Source of the DNA: Mobula hypostoma
Lineage: Eukaryota
Length of the DNA stretch: 64,000 bases
NCBI RefSeq assembly: GCF_963921235.1
Contig: NC_086107.1
Span: 93,684,001-93,748,000 of the forward strand
Reading direction: 5' to 3'
Shown: piece after piece, positions 35,101-47,849 of the stretch
Layout of the letters: every line of letters begins with the position of its first letter
Numbering within the stretch: the stretch's first letter is position 1
Program-made: the position numbers and the translations under genes
Notes under the pieces: generated by a model
Told to the model about the DNA's origin: nothing
The model's input: the letters and a program-made list of their open reading frames with translations, nothing else
Database searches by the model: none

Positions 35101-36789
35101 CCTGTCACCCCACAGAGAGTGAATTTGCGGAGACTGGTTGAATACTCAGGAACTGGGTAACAAACAGGAGGGTTTCACCCTCAGAGGCACTGAGATGGTA
35201 ACAGACCCTGGTGTTACTGGGGAGGTAGAAACAGACACTCTTAACACCAGCACCAAGGACTAGCCCAATTCCAAACTAATGCCAGGAACACTAGCCACGT
35301 AGAAATGGGAGATTAAGGTTTGTTCCTAGCCAAATTTAACATCCATTCATTGCTTTTAACCAAGTCCTAGCTCTTCACTTCTATTGGAGGAGGTCATGGT
35401 CCAAATTAATATGCATTGCCATGACAACAAAATCTGATTTGGCCACACACTTGATCCACCATTGAAGAGATGCCTAATACTGCGTCAGCATTGTAATATT
35501 TGGTTGTTTATCTGAATATAAAGAATTGTCTGGCAAAGGGCCTTTGATTGCCTGTCCATTTCTTTCCACAGATGCTGACCAACCCTCTGAGTTCTTCCAG
35601 CATTTTGTGTACTGTTCCAGATTTCCTGCATCTGCAGTTTCTATTGCGTCTCCATAAAGAATTGATGATAGCCCAAATATCGCAAGCAACGCTTCTCTCA
35701 GATAAAAGCGTTCTGCCAAATATTTTAGCTATTCATCCAAGGGATTTGGCTAATTGCCAGAACATAAAACCAAAAAAAAAAAGCAGAGAGTTGTGGACAC
35801 AGCAAAGTCCATCATGAATATCAAATCTGTTCTCCAGTGAATCTGTCTACACTTGCCGCAGCATTGGAAAAGCAGCCCACACAATCGAAGACCCCTCCCA
35901 CCCGGACATTCCATCCTCTTTCTCCAGTCAGGCAGAATATGCAGAAGAATGAGAATAAGTACAGCAGGCTCCCGGACAGCTTCTACGCCAGTGTTATAAG
36001 GCTCTTAAACGTACAAACGTACAATAAAGAACTCCTGATCTGGTGGCCTTTGCATCTTTTTTGTCTACCTACACTTCACTTTCTCCGCGACTGTAACACT
36101 TCACAATTCTGCATCCTGCTTCTGATTTCCCTTGTACTTGACACAGTGTTCAGTGATGGCCCAAGTGCGGAGGGAGAGAGATGGACCTGGAATGAACAGT
36201 TCACTGAGTTTTAATAAGAACGATATGGAACAGAGGAGAATAATAAGCACTAGGCCACCAGGGCCGCTAGCCAAAGCTCTCAAACTAAAATCTAGTGCCG
36301 TCATCGTGGCTCGGAAGCATTAACTAAATGCTAAATTAATAACGCTCCTTGACAGCATCAATCTAAATTGCAATCTTCCTTCCTGCAACGTGGACTAAGG
36401 TAAGCAGGGAGCACTGCTGTCACTGCACTCCAGTAAAAACTCAACAAAACTGAAACAAAAGGAAGGGAGTTCAATACAATCGCCAGGAAACCCTCATTGT
36501 CTGGAACATGCACCCCCATGAGTTTGATTGTCGAACTCTTTCAGCTGCCCGCTTGCCCAGACTCCGCGGCGGAGTCCATAGTTGTGACAGAACTACCTCA
36601 ATGCACCGTTGTAATGGAAAGATCTCTATAGGCGGCCTGCAAAACAAAGCTTTTCACTGTTTCTTTTGGCATGTTAAAATAAGCTGATTACCAGTGTTGC
36701 CAATCACCCCAAAGAAGATATCAACACACCGGTTACCTGACACCCAGTGTCCAGGTTCAGTAATCCCTCCGGTAAAGCCAAACCATTGA

Positions 36790-37865
36790 TAGAGGTGTAC
36801 AAGACGCTAAGAGGTACAGATCGAGTGAAGACCCTTTCCCAGGGCGGAAATAGCGGATTTGAGGGGGCATATTTTTAAGGGATTAGAGGAAAATATGGGG
36901 CAGATGTCAGAAGTTTCAAAGAGATCCTTCCTCTCGTCCTTCTGAACCCCATCAAATACAGGCCCAAAGACCTCAAAAGCTCTTCGGATGTTCAGCCCTT
37001 CATTTCCAGGATTATTCTTGTGAACCGCCTCTGGGTCCTCTCCAGGACAATCACCTGGGAGCAAAGCAGGCTGAGAGGTGATTTGATAGAAGTGGATAAG
37101 ACGATACGAGACAGAGATAGGCAGGACAGCCGGAGACTTTTTCCTAGAGCTGAAATTGCCAATATGAGTGGGGATAATTTTAAGGTGTTTGGAAGAAAGT
37201 ATAGTGGAGGGGGGGGGAACTGGTGTCAGACCTAACATTTTTTATATGGAAAGAGGGGTGAGTGCATGGAACGCCCTGCCAGGGGTGATGATAGAGACAG
37301 ATACATTAGGGACATTTAAGAACCTTGTAGATAGATACATGGATGACAAAATGGAGGGCTGTGAGGGAGAGCTTCTTTAGCCAGAAGGTAATGAATCTGA
37401 GGATGGCTGTGGAGGCAAAGTCATTGCTTGAATGGTTGTGGAGGCCAGTCATGGTGCATATTTAAAGCGGAGATAAATAATTCTTGAATATTTAAAATAG
37501 GTATTTAAAATTATGAGGGGGATAGACAGAGTTGACGTGGATAGGCGTTTTCCATTGAGAGTAGGGGAGATTCAAACAAGAGGACATGAGTTGAGAGTTA
37601 AAGGGCAAAAGTTTAGGGGTAACATGAGGGGGAACTTCTTTACTCAGAGAGCGGTAGATGTGTGGAACAAGCTTCCAGCAGAAGTGGTTGAGGCAGGTTC
37701 GATGTTGTCGTTTAAAGTCAAATTGGACAGCTATATGGACAGGAAAGGAATGGAGGGTTATGGGCTGAGAGCAGGTCGGTGGGACTAGGTGAGAGTAAGA
37801 GTTCGGCATGGACTAGAAGGGCCGAGATGGCCTGTTTCTGCGCTGTAATTGTTATATGGTTATAT
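36790..37865 (+). mobile_element. Cluster of CR1 3' fragments (one piece inverted, ~36925-37050)
   Basis: MRGIDRVDVDRRFPLRVGEIQTRGHELRVKGQKFRGNMRGNFFTQRAV and similar tracts. Confidence 0.85.
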
Positions 37866-37869
37866 AAAC

Positions 37870-38690
37870 TAAGTGCGCATGCGCCGGTCGTGCATGCGGC
37901 CTGGTACAGCCGTTCCCACCCATTCTTACTTTCTTCTTCTTATTTTTAACTTACGTTATTTTTTGTATTTTTTTCTCATGGTAACACGTTGAAGCTGCAC
38001 CCTCTCTAACATGCTGGTAGAGAGAGTTTTATTTGGGATTTTTTTAGCGCTGGAAATGGTTACATCCCGACACGCGGGACAGAAGCAAGGTCGCATTGTG
38101 TATTCCAGGGACCAGCTAATCCCGGCCGGTTTAGCGAGCAGAGCGGCGGACACACCTGCTGAAATCCGGAGGAAAACACACAGAGGATGCAGAGGGGGAT
38201 CACAAAGTCGAGGAAAGAGGACCAGGTCAAGACAACAGAGACTTTTGGAGAAGAGGAGTTCGGTGGGTAATACCATTCCGGCTGACCGGAAGTGCACTGA
38301 GAGCAGTAAGCGTAAAGGAGTTGGGTGCTTACTGATCTGGTTAACAACAGATGGTGCAATCCGGGTCATATTACGATCGAGGAATGTGCTTGTAGACTGG
38401 ATATTGAACTTTTTACTGTTGGACTTTGGCCACATTCCACCGTGATACAATACCTGGCAGCACGGGAGGTCGTTTCTGCCTGTGGCCATCGAACGTGCAG
38501 CTCCTCCCATGGAGGGTCAGACACCCTGAGCCAATAGACTGGTCCTGGACTTATTTTCCATCTGGCATTTTGTTGTTTGATTGTTTGTGGTTTTTGTTGT
38601 GCTATATTTACGCTCTATTCTTGGTTGGTACGGCTGTAACGAAAGCAAATTTCCCTCAGGGTTAATAAAGTATATCTATCTATCTATATG
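37870..38690 (+). mobile_element. Internally deleted Rex1/Babar derivative (5' region, APE piece, 3' tail)
   Basis: RIVYSRDQL...RRKTHRGCRGG (Rex N-terminal motif), LVNNRWCNPGHITIEECAC..DIELFTVGL (APE), then a 3' UTR matching 45440-45660 and a (TATC)n tail. Confidence 0.7.
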
Positions 38691-39609
38691 GTTATATGGA
38701 ATAGTAATGGAGTCAAATAGTAATGCTGCTCACGGAAAGAAGGAAAGCGAATTAGTTTGAGGGGGATAACATATCAGCCATAATGGAATGGCGGAGCTAA
38801 CTCAATGGGGCCAAAATGGCCTAATTGTGCTCTTAGGTCTTTGGTTTTATGGTCCATGAAGGGTAAGGTTGATATTAGAGTTGGTTAAAAGGTCAGCACA
38901 ACATCATGGGTGACAGGTGGAGCCACATTCTCTGTTCTGCAACTCAAATGCAGGCACGTGGATTTGAGGAAAATGGAGGTGTCTGCAGGAGGAAAGTGTT
39001 TGATTGATGTTAGAGTGGCTTAAAAGGTCGGCACGGCATTGTGGGCCGAAGGGCCTGTCCTGCGCTGTAATGTTCTGTGTCGACCATTCCTTTAGGGCTC
39101 AGCAGCCTATATCCCGGTGACAGCATTCGCATAATCCATCCTGCCCACCACAGTGCTTACAGTAAACGGAAGTGCCGTATCCCTGTGACCTGCTCAAGGT
39201 TATATCTATCCAGAACACATCTTGGCCTTTTGTGAAGGTAATTAAACTATTCCAACATAGTTTTCCACATCTGGCCCCTCCCCTCCCCCCCCCATCATTA
39301 ATAAGGGACTGATGACAGCTTGGATGGTGGTAAACTCAGGCCCGAACCTAATTAGTAATTAGCAGAGACAACCACAATACCAAGCAAAATGTCACACATG
39401 CAAAGAACATGGGAGAGGATGCAAAAAAAAATGGCTTAATTAAAATAACATTTAATTAAAGAAACGGCCTGACATAAAAATAGACTTCAGTTGCTAAATT
39501 TCTACGTCAGCATAAAGAGATTTTAATTGCAAATTGGCTGGCATCAGCAGCCAAAACTGGCTGGGGTTTAACCCATCCCCTCCCGCACTCAGGGAAAGCG
39601 ATAGTAATA

Positions 39610-40170
39610 TGCTCAGAGGCCACTTTATTGGGAACACCTGTACACCTGGTCGTTCATGCGAATACCCAATCAGCCAATCATGTGGCAGCAACTCGAAGCA
39701 TAAAAGCATACTGATACGGTCAAGAGGGTCAGTTGTAGCACAAACGAAACATCAGAATGGCAAAGAAATGTGGTCTAAATGACATTTTCCTCGAAGGATT
39801 GTTGGTGCCAGAGGGGGTGGTTTGAGCATCTCAGAAACTGCTGATTTCCTGAGAATTCCACACACAACAATCTCTAGAGTTTGCAGAGGATGGTGCGAAA
39901 ATCAAAAAAAACATCCATTGAGCGGCAGTTCTGTCGGCCAAAGCACCTCATTAATGAGAGGTCAGAGGAAAATGGCCACACTGGTTCAAGCTGACAGGAA
40001 GGTGACAGAAACTCCAATAACAACTCCACGCGTTACAACAGAGATGTGCAGAGGAACACCTTTGATCGCACGACACCTCGACCTTGAAGTGGTTGGCTAC
40101 AGCAGCAGAAGACAATGAACAAACTCTCAGTGGCCGGTTTATTAGGTGCCTAATAAAGAGGCCTCTAAGG
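39610..40170 (+). mobile_element. Tc1-family non-autonomous transposon
   Basis: SISETADFLRIPHTTISRVCRGW...RGQRKMATLVQADRKVT, with TIRs at both ends. Confidence 0.88.
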
Positions 40171-41299
40171 AAATATCGTGAAATGCTGTCGTAGGAAAGC
40201 AGCTTCCATCATCAGAAATTCCCACCGACCAGGCCATGCTCTCTCCTCACTGCTGCCATCAGGTAAAAGGTACAAGAGCATCAGTACTTGCGACACCAGG
40301 TTTAAGAACAGTTATTACACCTCAATCATCAGGCTTTTGAATGAAAGAGGATAACTACCCACACTTGCCCATCCATTGAGATGTTTCCCACAACCAATGA
40401 TCTCACTTTAAGGACTCTTTTAATCTCTTTATCTCATGTTGTTATTCATTGCTAATTATTTATATTTGAATTTGTACAGTTTGTTGTCTTCTGCACTCTG
40501 GTTGATCTTCCATTGATCCTGTGATAGTTACTATTCTATAGGTTTGCTGAGTATGCCCGTAAGAAATGAATCTCAGGGTTGTATATAGTGACATATATTG
40601 TCTGTACTTTATAATAAACTTTACTTAGAACTTTGAACACTAAATTTGTCATTTTGCAGCGGCAGTACAATGCAATACATAAAAACACTTCTAACAGGTA
40701 CTGTGGGAATCAAAAATTTGTAAATACCTGAAGGGGGGCATTTACAAGGAAGAGGAATAATGATTCACTCTTTTAAAAAGGTTGGATTGGGCATCTTGGC
40801 TGGCATGGACCAATTGGGCTGAATGGCCTGTTTCTGTGCTTGGGAACACTGTAAGCTCTATTTGAATGGACATGAAAAACAGTAGGCTTCCTTCGTGTAA
40901 AATTATAAAAGATAGAGGCAGGAAAGTGGTTTCCACTGGTAAGTGACACTAGAACTAGGGGACAGAGCCTCAAGATTCAGGAGAGTAGATTTTAAGACGG
41001 AGATGAGGAGAAACGGCTTTTCCCAAAGATTAATGAATCTGTGGAATTTGCCACCAGGGAAGAGAGATAAATATTAGCTTAATTTGTCATCAAACATCGA
41101 AATGTACGGTGAAGTGCGTTATTTGCATCAAATCAAATCAGTGAGGATTGTGCTAGGGCAGCCTGCAAATGTCACCGTGCTTCTGGCACCAACATAGCAT
41201 GTCCACGCTTACTAATCCTAACGTTTACCCTTACATCTTTGAAACTCAGAAGGAAACGAGAGCATCCAGAGGAAACTCAGTGGGTCACAGACAGAATAA

Positions 41300-42200
41300 G
41301 AATCAGATTTATTATTACTGACGTATGCGATGAGGAATTTGTTGTTTTGAAGCAGCAATATAGTGGAAAGACATAAAAATGTTGTAAATTACAGAAATAA
41401 ACAAACAGTGCAAAAATAAAAAGACGAACGAGGTAGTTCATGGTTTCATGGATGATTCAGAAATCTGATGGTGGAGGGGAAGGCGCTGTCCCTGAATTGT
41501 TGAGTGTGGGTCTCCAGTTTCCTGCCCGTCGTCATCGTGGCTATCCTTCGAGGTCGAGGATGATGGTCTTCGTTCTGAAGAAGTGACCCACAGAGTGAAG
41601 ATGCCTGTGAGTGTATTTGTTTAACGTGTACTTGATGTTGCACTCCAAGAAGCACACGACACTTCACAAATCAACCAACTGATTCTAATGGCATGGAAAC
41701 CACGACAATTGAGGCCGATGGATTTGTTGCAGCCTTCATCTGCCTTCACAGACGTTGAGTTCAAAGTAACTTCATCCGCCCGTTCCACCGTGGAGGTCTT
41801 GGTTGGATTGTTCTTTGTCAGGGACTTCACCCTCGATCTTACCACCATGGGTGACCCTACCAGGAGCATCGCTCCAGACGGCATTGCTCTCGGGATCACA
41901 GGACCACGCAAGCTTCTCCACCAGGACAAGGTGACAATCCAGGGAGAAAAGTCTCCTGCACCTCGTCCTCAATGGCAGTAATAAGAAGAAGACGTGTCCC
42001 AGATGGTGAGGATCCATAGTGATGGACGCTGCCTTCTTGAGGCACCAACTTTTGAAGATGTCCTCGATGGCGGGGAGGATTGTGCTCCTGGCAGAGCTGG
42101 CTGAGTCGAAACCCTCTGCAGCCTCTTTCAATCCAGCGTGTTGGAACCTCCATTCCTGGCAACCAGGCAAGATGCTCTCCACCGTACACCTGTAGAAATA
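41300..42200 (-). mobile_element. Rex1/Babar 3' fragment
   Basis: FYRCTVESILPG...LPAIEDIFKSWCLKKAASITMDPHHLGH. Confidence 0.85.
41526..41949 (-). mobile_element. Short RTE-derived (Expander/Rex3-type 5' UTR) non-autonomous element
   Basis: The reverse strand begins caccttgtcctggtggagaagcttgcgtggtcctgtgatcccgagagc...ctcctggtagggtcacccatgg and has a (GAC/GAT)n tail. TSD AGT(T/C)TCCTGC at 41516-41525 and 41950-41959. Confidence 0.72.
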
Positions 42201-42699
42201 CGTGGGAGAAACGTGCAGGTATTTGAGGAATATCTTCAAAGTGGAGAATAGGGAGAGGTTTATGAGAGGTGTTCTGGAGCTGGAGGTGAATCAGATTTAT
42301 CTGGTTCATCGCTGCCAAGTTCTTGAATCATTGTTACATGTGTAATGTCGGTACTTCCACCACACTCCCGGGAAGTGATTCTGTTTGATCTTAGCAGTAT
42401 GCGTGGTTTGCTAAAACGATTTTCGAGGGCATCGACAAGTCAACTGAGTAAGGTGGGTTTGGAGTAGAGGCCAGACCAAGTGAGAATGACAGATTTCATC
42501 CACTGAAGGGTATTACTAAGCCCAATGGGCTTTTAGCACAGAATCAGGTCGTTTGGCCCACAGTGTCTGTACTGACCGTGATCCAATTGAAATAGTACAT
42601 GGATGAATATCCTTGTCTGAAAGTCTTTTAAATCCTTTTCATGGTGAAACAGTTAATTTTCTTCATGATCATCATTTTTTCCTGACCATTGTTACCACC

Positions 42700-43320
42700 A
42701 CTGATCATAGAACAGTACAGCATGGAACAGGCCATTTGGCCCATCATATTGTGCTGATCTTGATGCCGATTTATACTACATGTCCTCCACCTGTGTATCA
42801 TCCCTATCCCTCCAATCCCTTCAGACTCCTGTGTCTATCTAAAGGTCTCTTACACTCCACCAGACTGCCTCCTTCCACTACTACCCACAAGCAGAATTAT
42901 TCCATTCAGCCCATCGAGTATGCTCTACTATTCCACCGTGGCCGATTTATTATCTCGCTCAGCCCCATTCTCCTGCCTTCTCCCTGTAACCTTTGACCCC
43001 TTACTAATCAAGAACCTATCAGCCTCCACTTTAAATATATCCAATCACAAGGCCTCCACAGCCGTCTGTGGCAATGAATTCAACAGATTCACCACCCTCT
43101 ATCTAAAGAAATTCCTCCTCATCTCTGTTCTAAAGGGAAGTCCTGGTATTCTGAGTCTGCACTCTCGGGACCTGGGCTTTCCCACTACTGGAAACATCCT
43201 CTCTATGTCCATTCTATCTCTATGGGTTACCCCTGGTAAACCACTCCAGGCACTTAGCACTCTCTGCATTAAAAAACACTTGGCCTGTGTTGCCTGTAAA
43301 CTTCTTCCTCTAACATTACT
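42700..43320 (-). mobile_element. CR1 3' fragments, nested
   Basis: Reverse match to the CR1 C-terminus and tail (ggcaatgaattcaacagattcaccaccctc). Confidence 0.82.
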
Positions 43321-43813
43321 GGTTGGGTGAGATGGTAAATTCTAGATTATTAGCTGAATTTAAATTTCGCAATGGTGGGATCTGTGGAATGTACCCAAAT
43401 CTCAGGATTGCTTGACCAGTAATTAAATCGCTGCATCCCCACTGCATCTGCTTTATTGAAGGCTCCAGCTGTCAAGTAGAACTGCAGTGTCAGAGTACAT
43501 CGATGTATCAAGAGTCGTGCCATACATTACAAGCAGCCTCTTAACAGCTTAGGTAAACTCAGTGGCTACTTTATACACACGCTCGTTATTGCAAATATCT
43601 AATCCTCCGACCATGTGGCAGCAACTCAATGCATGAGAGCATGCAGACACGGTCAAGAGGTCCAGTTGTTGTTCAGACCAAATATCAGAGTGGGGAAGAA
43701 ATGGGAGTAAAGTGACTTTGACCCTGGAATGATTGTTGGTGCCAGATGGGGTGGCCTGGGGTTTTCAGAAACTGCTGATCTATTAGGATTTTCACGCACA
43801 GCAGTCTCTAGAG

Positions 43814-43894
43814 CAGGGATTTCCCAATATTTTATATGCCAAGGACTAATACCACTAAGCAAGGGGTTCGTGGACCCCAGGTTGTGAACCCCTG
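43814..43894. mobile_element. hAT (Charlie-like) mini-MITE
   Basis: CAGGGATTTCCCAA...TTGTGAACCCCTG imperfect TIRs, with 8-bp flanks CTCTAGAG / CCCGAGAG. Confidence 0.65.
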
Positions 43895-44049
43895 CCCGAG
43901 AGTTTACAGAGAATGGTATGAAAAACTAAAAATCATCCAGTGAGTGGCAGTTTTGTGGGTGAAAATACTTTGTTAATAAAAGAGGTCAGAGGAGAATAGT
44001 CAGACTGGTTCAAACTGACAGGAAGGCAACAGTAACTCAAATAACAACA

Positions 44050-44872
44050 TGTTCCAAGTGCCTGGGGGTGCTCCTGGACTTGAGTGGAGCACCAACACAG
44101 AGGCTGTGTACAAGAAGGGCCAGAGTCACCTCTACTTCCTGAGGAGACTGAGGTCCTTTGGAGTATGCAGGCTTCTCCTTCACACATTCTACCACACTGC
44201 TGTTGTCAGTACAATCTTCTATGTGGTCATGAACTGCGGCAATGACACCAACATGGGTGATGCCAACAGGCTCAATAAACTGATTAGAAAGGTTGGCACT
44301 GGAGGCTGCAGTAGAACAAAGGACCCTACGGAAGGGAGGGAGGGGGAACGCCGACTCAGACCATGAGAGGCCTGCGTTGGGCATTTTCATGCAAGTTGGA
44401 AGTCTGTGTGGGGCACCACTCCTCACACAGACACTAGAGCAATGTGTGGTTAAGGGCCTCGCTCAAGGACACAAACACGCTGCCACAGCTGAGGCTCGAA
44501 CTAGCGACCTTCAGATCACTAGACAAATGCCTTAACCACTTGGCCACGTGCCCAACACTACGGAAAATCCTGGCAATTCTGGACAATGTTTCTCACCTTC
44601 TGCACGCAACCTTGGCTGAACAGAGGAGCACTTTCAGTAATAGACCAAGACACTGTGCTGCTCCAAAGAGCGTTATATGAGGACATCCTTAACCTCGGCC
44701 ATTAGGCTCTATAATGAGTCAACTTATAGCTGGGGAGGTGATGACACCCTCCCGTTAGACTGTTTGATGTAACTTATTTTTCTGTATCTCTTCTAATATT
44801 TATATTATCTGTGCACTTGTAATGCTACTGTGACACTGTAATTTCCTTTGGGATCAATAAGGTATCTATCTA
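44050..44872 (+). mobile_element. Rex1/Babar 3' fragment
   Basis: LEWSTNTEAVYKKGQSHLYFLRRLRSFGVC...FYHTAVVSTIFYVV and a (TATC)n tail. Confidence 0.88.
44334..44557 (-). mobile_element. tRNA/CORE-like SINE; same head as 19581, different tail
   Basis: In reverse: GGCACGTGGCCAAGTGGTTAAGGC...GTTCGAGCC...gtccttgagcgaggcccttaacc. TSD CTACGGAA at 44326-44333 and 44558-44565. Confidence 0.82.
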
Positions 44873-45667
44873 CAACAGTGGTGTGAAGAAGAGCATCTCT
44901 GAATACACAACACATTGAACCTTGAAGTGGGTGGACTACAGCAGCAGAAGATCATGAACGTACACTCAGTGGCCACTCGGGAGGTACCTGATAAAGCAGC
45001 TACTGAGTGTATAAACGCACCAGGTTCGGAAATGATCAAGGGGTTCAGAGTTAGACAAGCTCGGAAATAACAGATGGCATATTAGGAGGACGCTCCGGAA
45101 ACAATAAGGCCTATGGGGATGGACGAGTTACAGATAGGTCAACTTGAAGGTTGAGTTGGCAGTAAGGAAGGCAAGTTCAATGTAAGCATTCATTTCGAGA
45201 GAACTGGAATATAAAAGCAAGGATGTAATGCTGAGACTTCATAAGGCACTGGTCAGACCACACTTGGAGTATTGTGAACAGTTTTAGGCCCCTTATCTAC
45301 GAAAGGATGAACTGTCATTGGAAAGGATTCAGAAGTCTCAGAATACAAGCAGAAAGTTGGGGAGGGAGGGAAAGATGTGCTTGGTGGTGGAATCCCATTC
45401 ACCTACCACCCCACCCCACTCATTCCACCGAGATGCAACACAGCGCGTCATAGGAAGTCATTCCTGCCTGTGGCCATCAAACTTTACAACTCCTCCCTTG
45501 GAGGGTCAGACACCCTGAGCCAATAGGCTGGTCCTGGACTTATTTCCTGGCATAATTTACATATTACTATTTAACTATTTATGGTTTTATTACTATTTAG
45601 TTATTTATGGTGCGACTGTAATGAAAACCAATTTCCCCAGGGATCAATAAAGTATGACTATGACTAT

Positions 45668-46590
45668 GACCAGCCTCCGCGTCCACCATATAGTTCTCCG
45701 AAACATCCGCCACCTTCAACGGGATCCCACTACCAAGCACATCTTTCCCTCCTCCCCTCCCCCCCCCGCCATTTTCTGCTTTCTGCAGGGATCACTCCCT
45801 ACGCGACTCCCTTGTCCATTCGTTCCTCCCTCCTGGAAAAAGTGCTACACCTGCCCTACAACTCCTCCCTCACTACTATCCAGGGCCCTAAACAGTCCTT
45901 CCAGGTGAGACAACACTTTACCTGTGGGCCTGTTGGGTCATTTACTCTGTTCAGTACTCCTGGTGTGGCCTCCTGGTACATCGGTGAGATATGCCGTAGA
46001 TTGGGAGACCACTTCGCCGAGCATCTACGCTCCGTCCACCAGAACAAGCGGGACCTCCCAGTGGCCATCCATTTTATATCCTCTTCCTATTCCCATTCCA
46101 ATAAGTCCATCCATGGTCTCCTCCACTGTTGTGATGAGGCCATACTTAGGTTGGAGGAACAACACCTTATATTCCGTTTGGGTAGCCTCCAATCAGATGG
46201 CATGAACATCGATTTCTCAAACTTACAGTAATGCACCCCAACCACCACCACGCCCCTCTTTCCCATTTCCCATCCCCTTTTCCCTCTCTTGCCTTATCTC
46301 TTTGCCCACCCATCACTTCCCTGTAGTGCTCCTTCCCTCTTTTTCTTTCTTCCATGGCCTTCTGTCTCTTTCTCTATCAACTTCCCAGCTCTTTACTTCT
46401 TCCCTCCCCCTCCCGGTTTCACCCATCACCTGGTGGTTCTCTCTCCCCTCCATCCACCTTTTAAATCTACTCCTCAGCTTTTTTTTCTCCTGTCCTGCTG
46501 AAGGGTTTCAGCCCAAAACGTCGACTGTACATTTTTCCATAGATGCTGCCTGGCCTGCTGAGCTCCTCCAGCATTTTGTGTCTGTTGCTC
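45668..46590 (+). mobile_element. Penelope-like element 3' part (GIY-YIG endonuclease remnant and pLTR)
   Basis: IQGPKQSFQVRQHFTC...YIGEICRRLGDHFAEHLRSV...LEEQHLIFRLGSLQSDGMNIDF. Confidence 0.92.
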
Positions 46591-46597
46591 AGGTATA

Positions 46598-47506
46598 CAG
46601 TGGATTCCAGTTAATTGAGCTATCTTTTAATCAGGGCAGCTACTTACTTGGGACAACATTTAAAGAACAAAAGCTAATGAGAAAATGGCTGGGGTTCTCT
46701 TCATTTATTTGGGACATTAAGCCCCTTAATTGGGACAGGAGACTGTTGCCAAACAGTTTCTAGCTAACATCATTTGTGTAGCTGCCAGACACTAGACATG
46801 TAACGTCATGCATTTGTGTAGCTGCTAGACACTACACTGTGCTTACAGCAAACAGTCTTTAAATAGCGTCAGTTGTGTGTGCTTGTGTTCAAAAAACAGT
46901 GATCTTTGTTACTAGAAGGTGGCATAAGCGGTAAGACAATACAGAACTGTTTTCCTCACTGTGGTTTCAAGCATTCAGGCTTGGAGATGTCAGAAACGGC
47001 CGTGAGTCGAAAAAGAAATAATTTCACTACTACAACAAGTCAAAAACTACGAAGGATTTGAAGACGCAAACACGAGGAAATCTGCAGATGTTGCAAGAAT
47101 TTGAAGAAATCAACAATCATCTTGAATGTTACAATGCAAACGAAAATTTGGAGGATGCAATCGCCGAAAGCGTTGTATGAAGGCAGTCCATTATCTGCAC
47201 TAGGTGCCTGCACGATTTTGTTCACTTACAGTTAATCAAAGGAAGGCGCCAGAGTACGCTGGACGAATTCCTCCGCCAACCACTATTAGGAAGTAACACA
47301 TAGCTTTATAGTATTGTAGTAGCATTTCTGATTTGTTCTGTATTTAATTTAAATACATAATTAGTTACTCAGATAAATGGTAATTTGTCTTTTTTTATAA
47401 CTTTTTAACTATTTACAATGACATTTTGGCTAATTAATTGAGCCAGCCATTTAATTGGACCAAAATGTACTAGCCCCAATGTATCCCAGTTAGCCAGAAT
47501 CCACGG
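46598..47506. mobile_element. pogo/Tigger-like non-autonomous DNA transposon
   Basis: TA-CAGTGGATTCCAGTTAATTG...CAGTTAGCCAGAATCCACGG-TA TIRs. An acidic tract NHLECYNANENLEDAIAESV resembles a pogo transposase C-terminus. Confidence 0.78.
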
Positions 47507-47849
47507 TATTTAAAGCTGAGATTGATAGGTTCTTGATTAGTCAGGGCCTCAAAGACAACAGGGAGCAGGCAGGAGAATGGGGTTGAGAGGGAGAATGAAT
47601 CAGCTGTGATGGAATAGCAGAACAGACTCGATGGGTCAAATGGTCTAATTCTGCTCCTTGACGACTTGACGTGTGGCGCTGTCTATGTGGAGTTTGCATA
47701 TCCTTGCTGTGATTCCATGAGTTTTGTCAGGATGCCCCAATTTCCCCCACATCTCCTTGTTGCCACAAGAAAGCAACATCCAACGTCAAGGAAGCCCATC
47801 ACCCAGACCATGCTCTCTTCTCACTACTACCATCAGGCAGGAAGTACAG

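Larger units (their letters stand above)
43556..45009 (+). mobile_element. Tc1-family element carrying hAT-MITE, Rex and SINE insertions
   Basis: Left TIR actcagtggctacttta, transposase remnant at ~43690-44045, and right end ...CTACTGAGTG-TA. Confidence 0.85.

Noticed and set aside
42400..43440. Possible ancient chondrichthyan SINE pieces (~42470-42540 and ~43340-43440)
   Set aside because: The resemblance is from memory and too diverged and fragmented to support boundaries.
45581..46231. 216-aa ORF as a functional GIY-YIG nuclease gene
   Set aside because: Chimeric: it starts in a Rex 3' UTR, the GIY half-motif is frameshifted, and the RT is absent.
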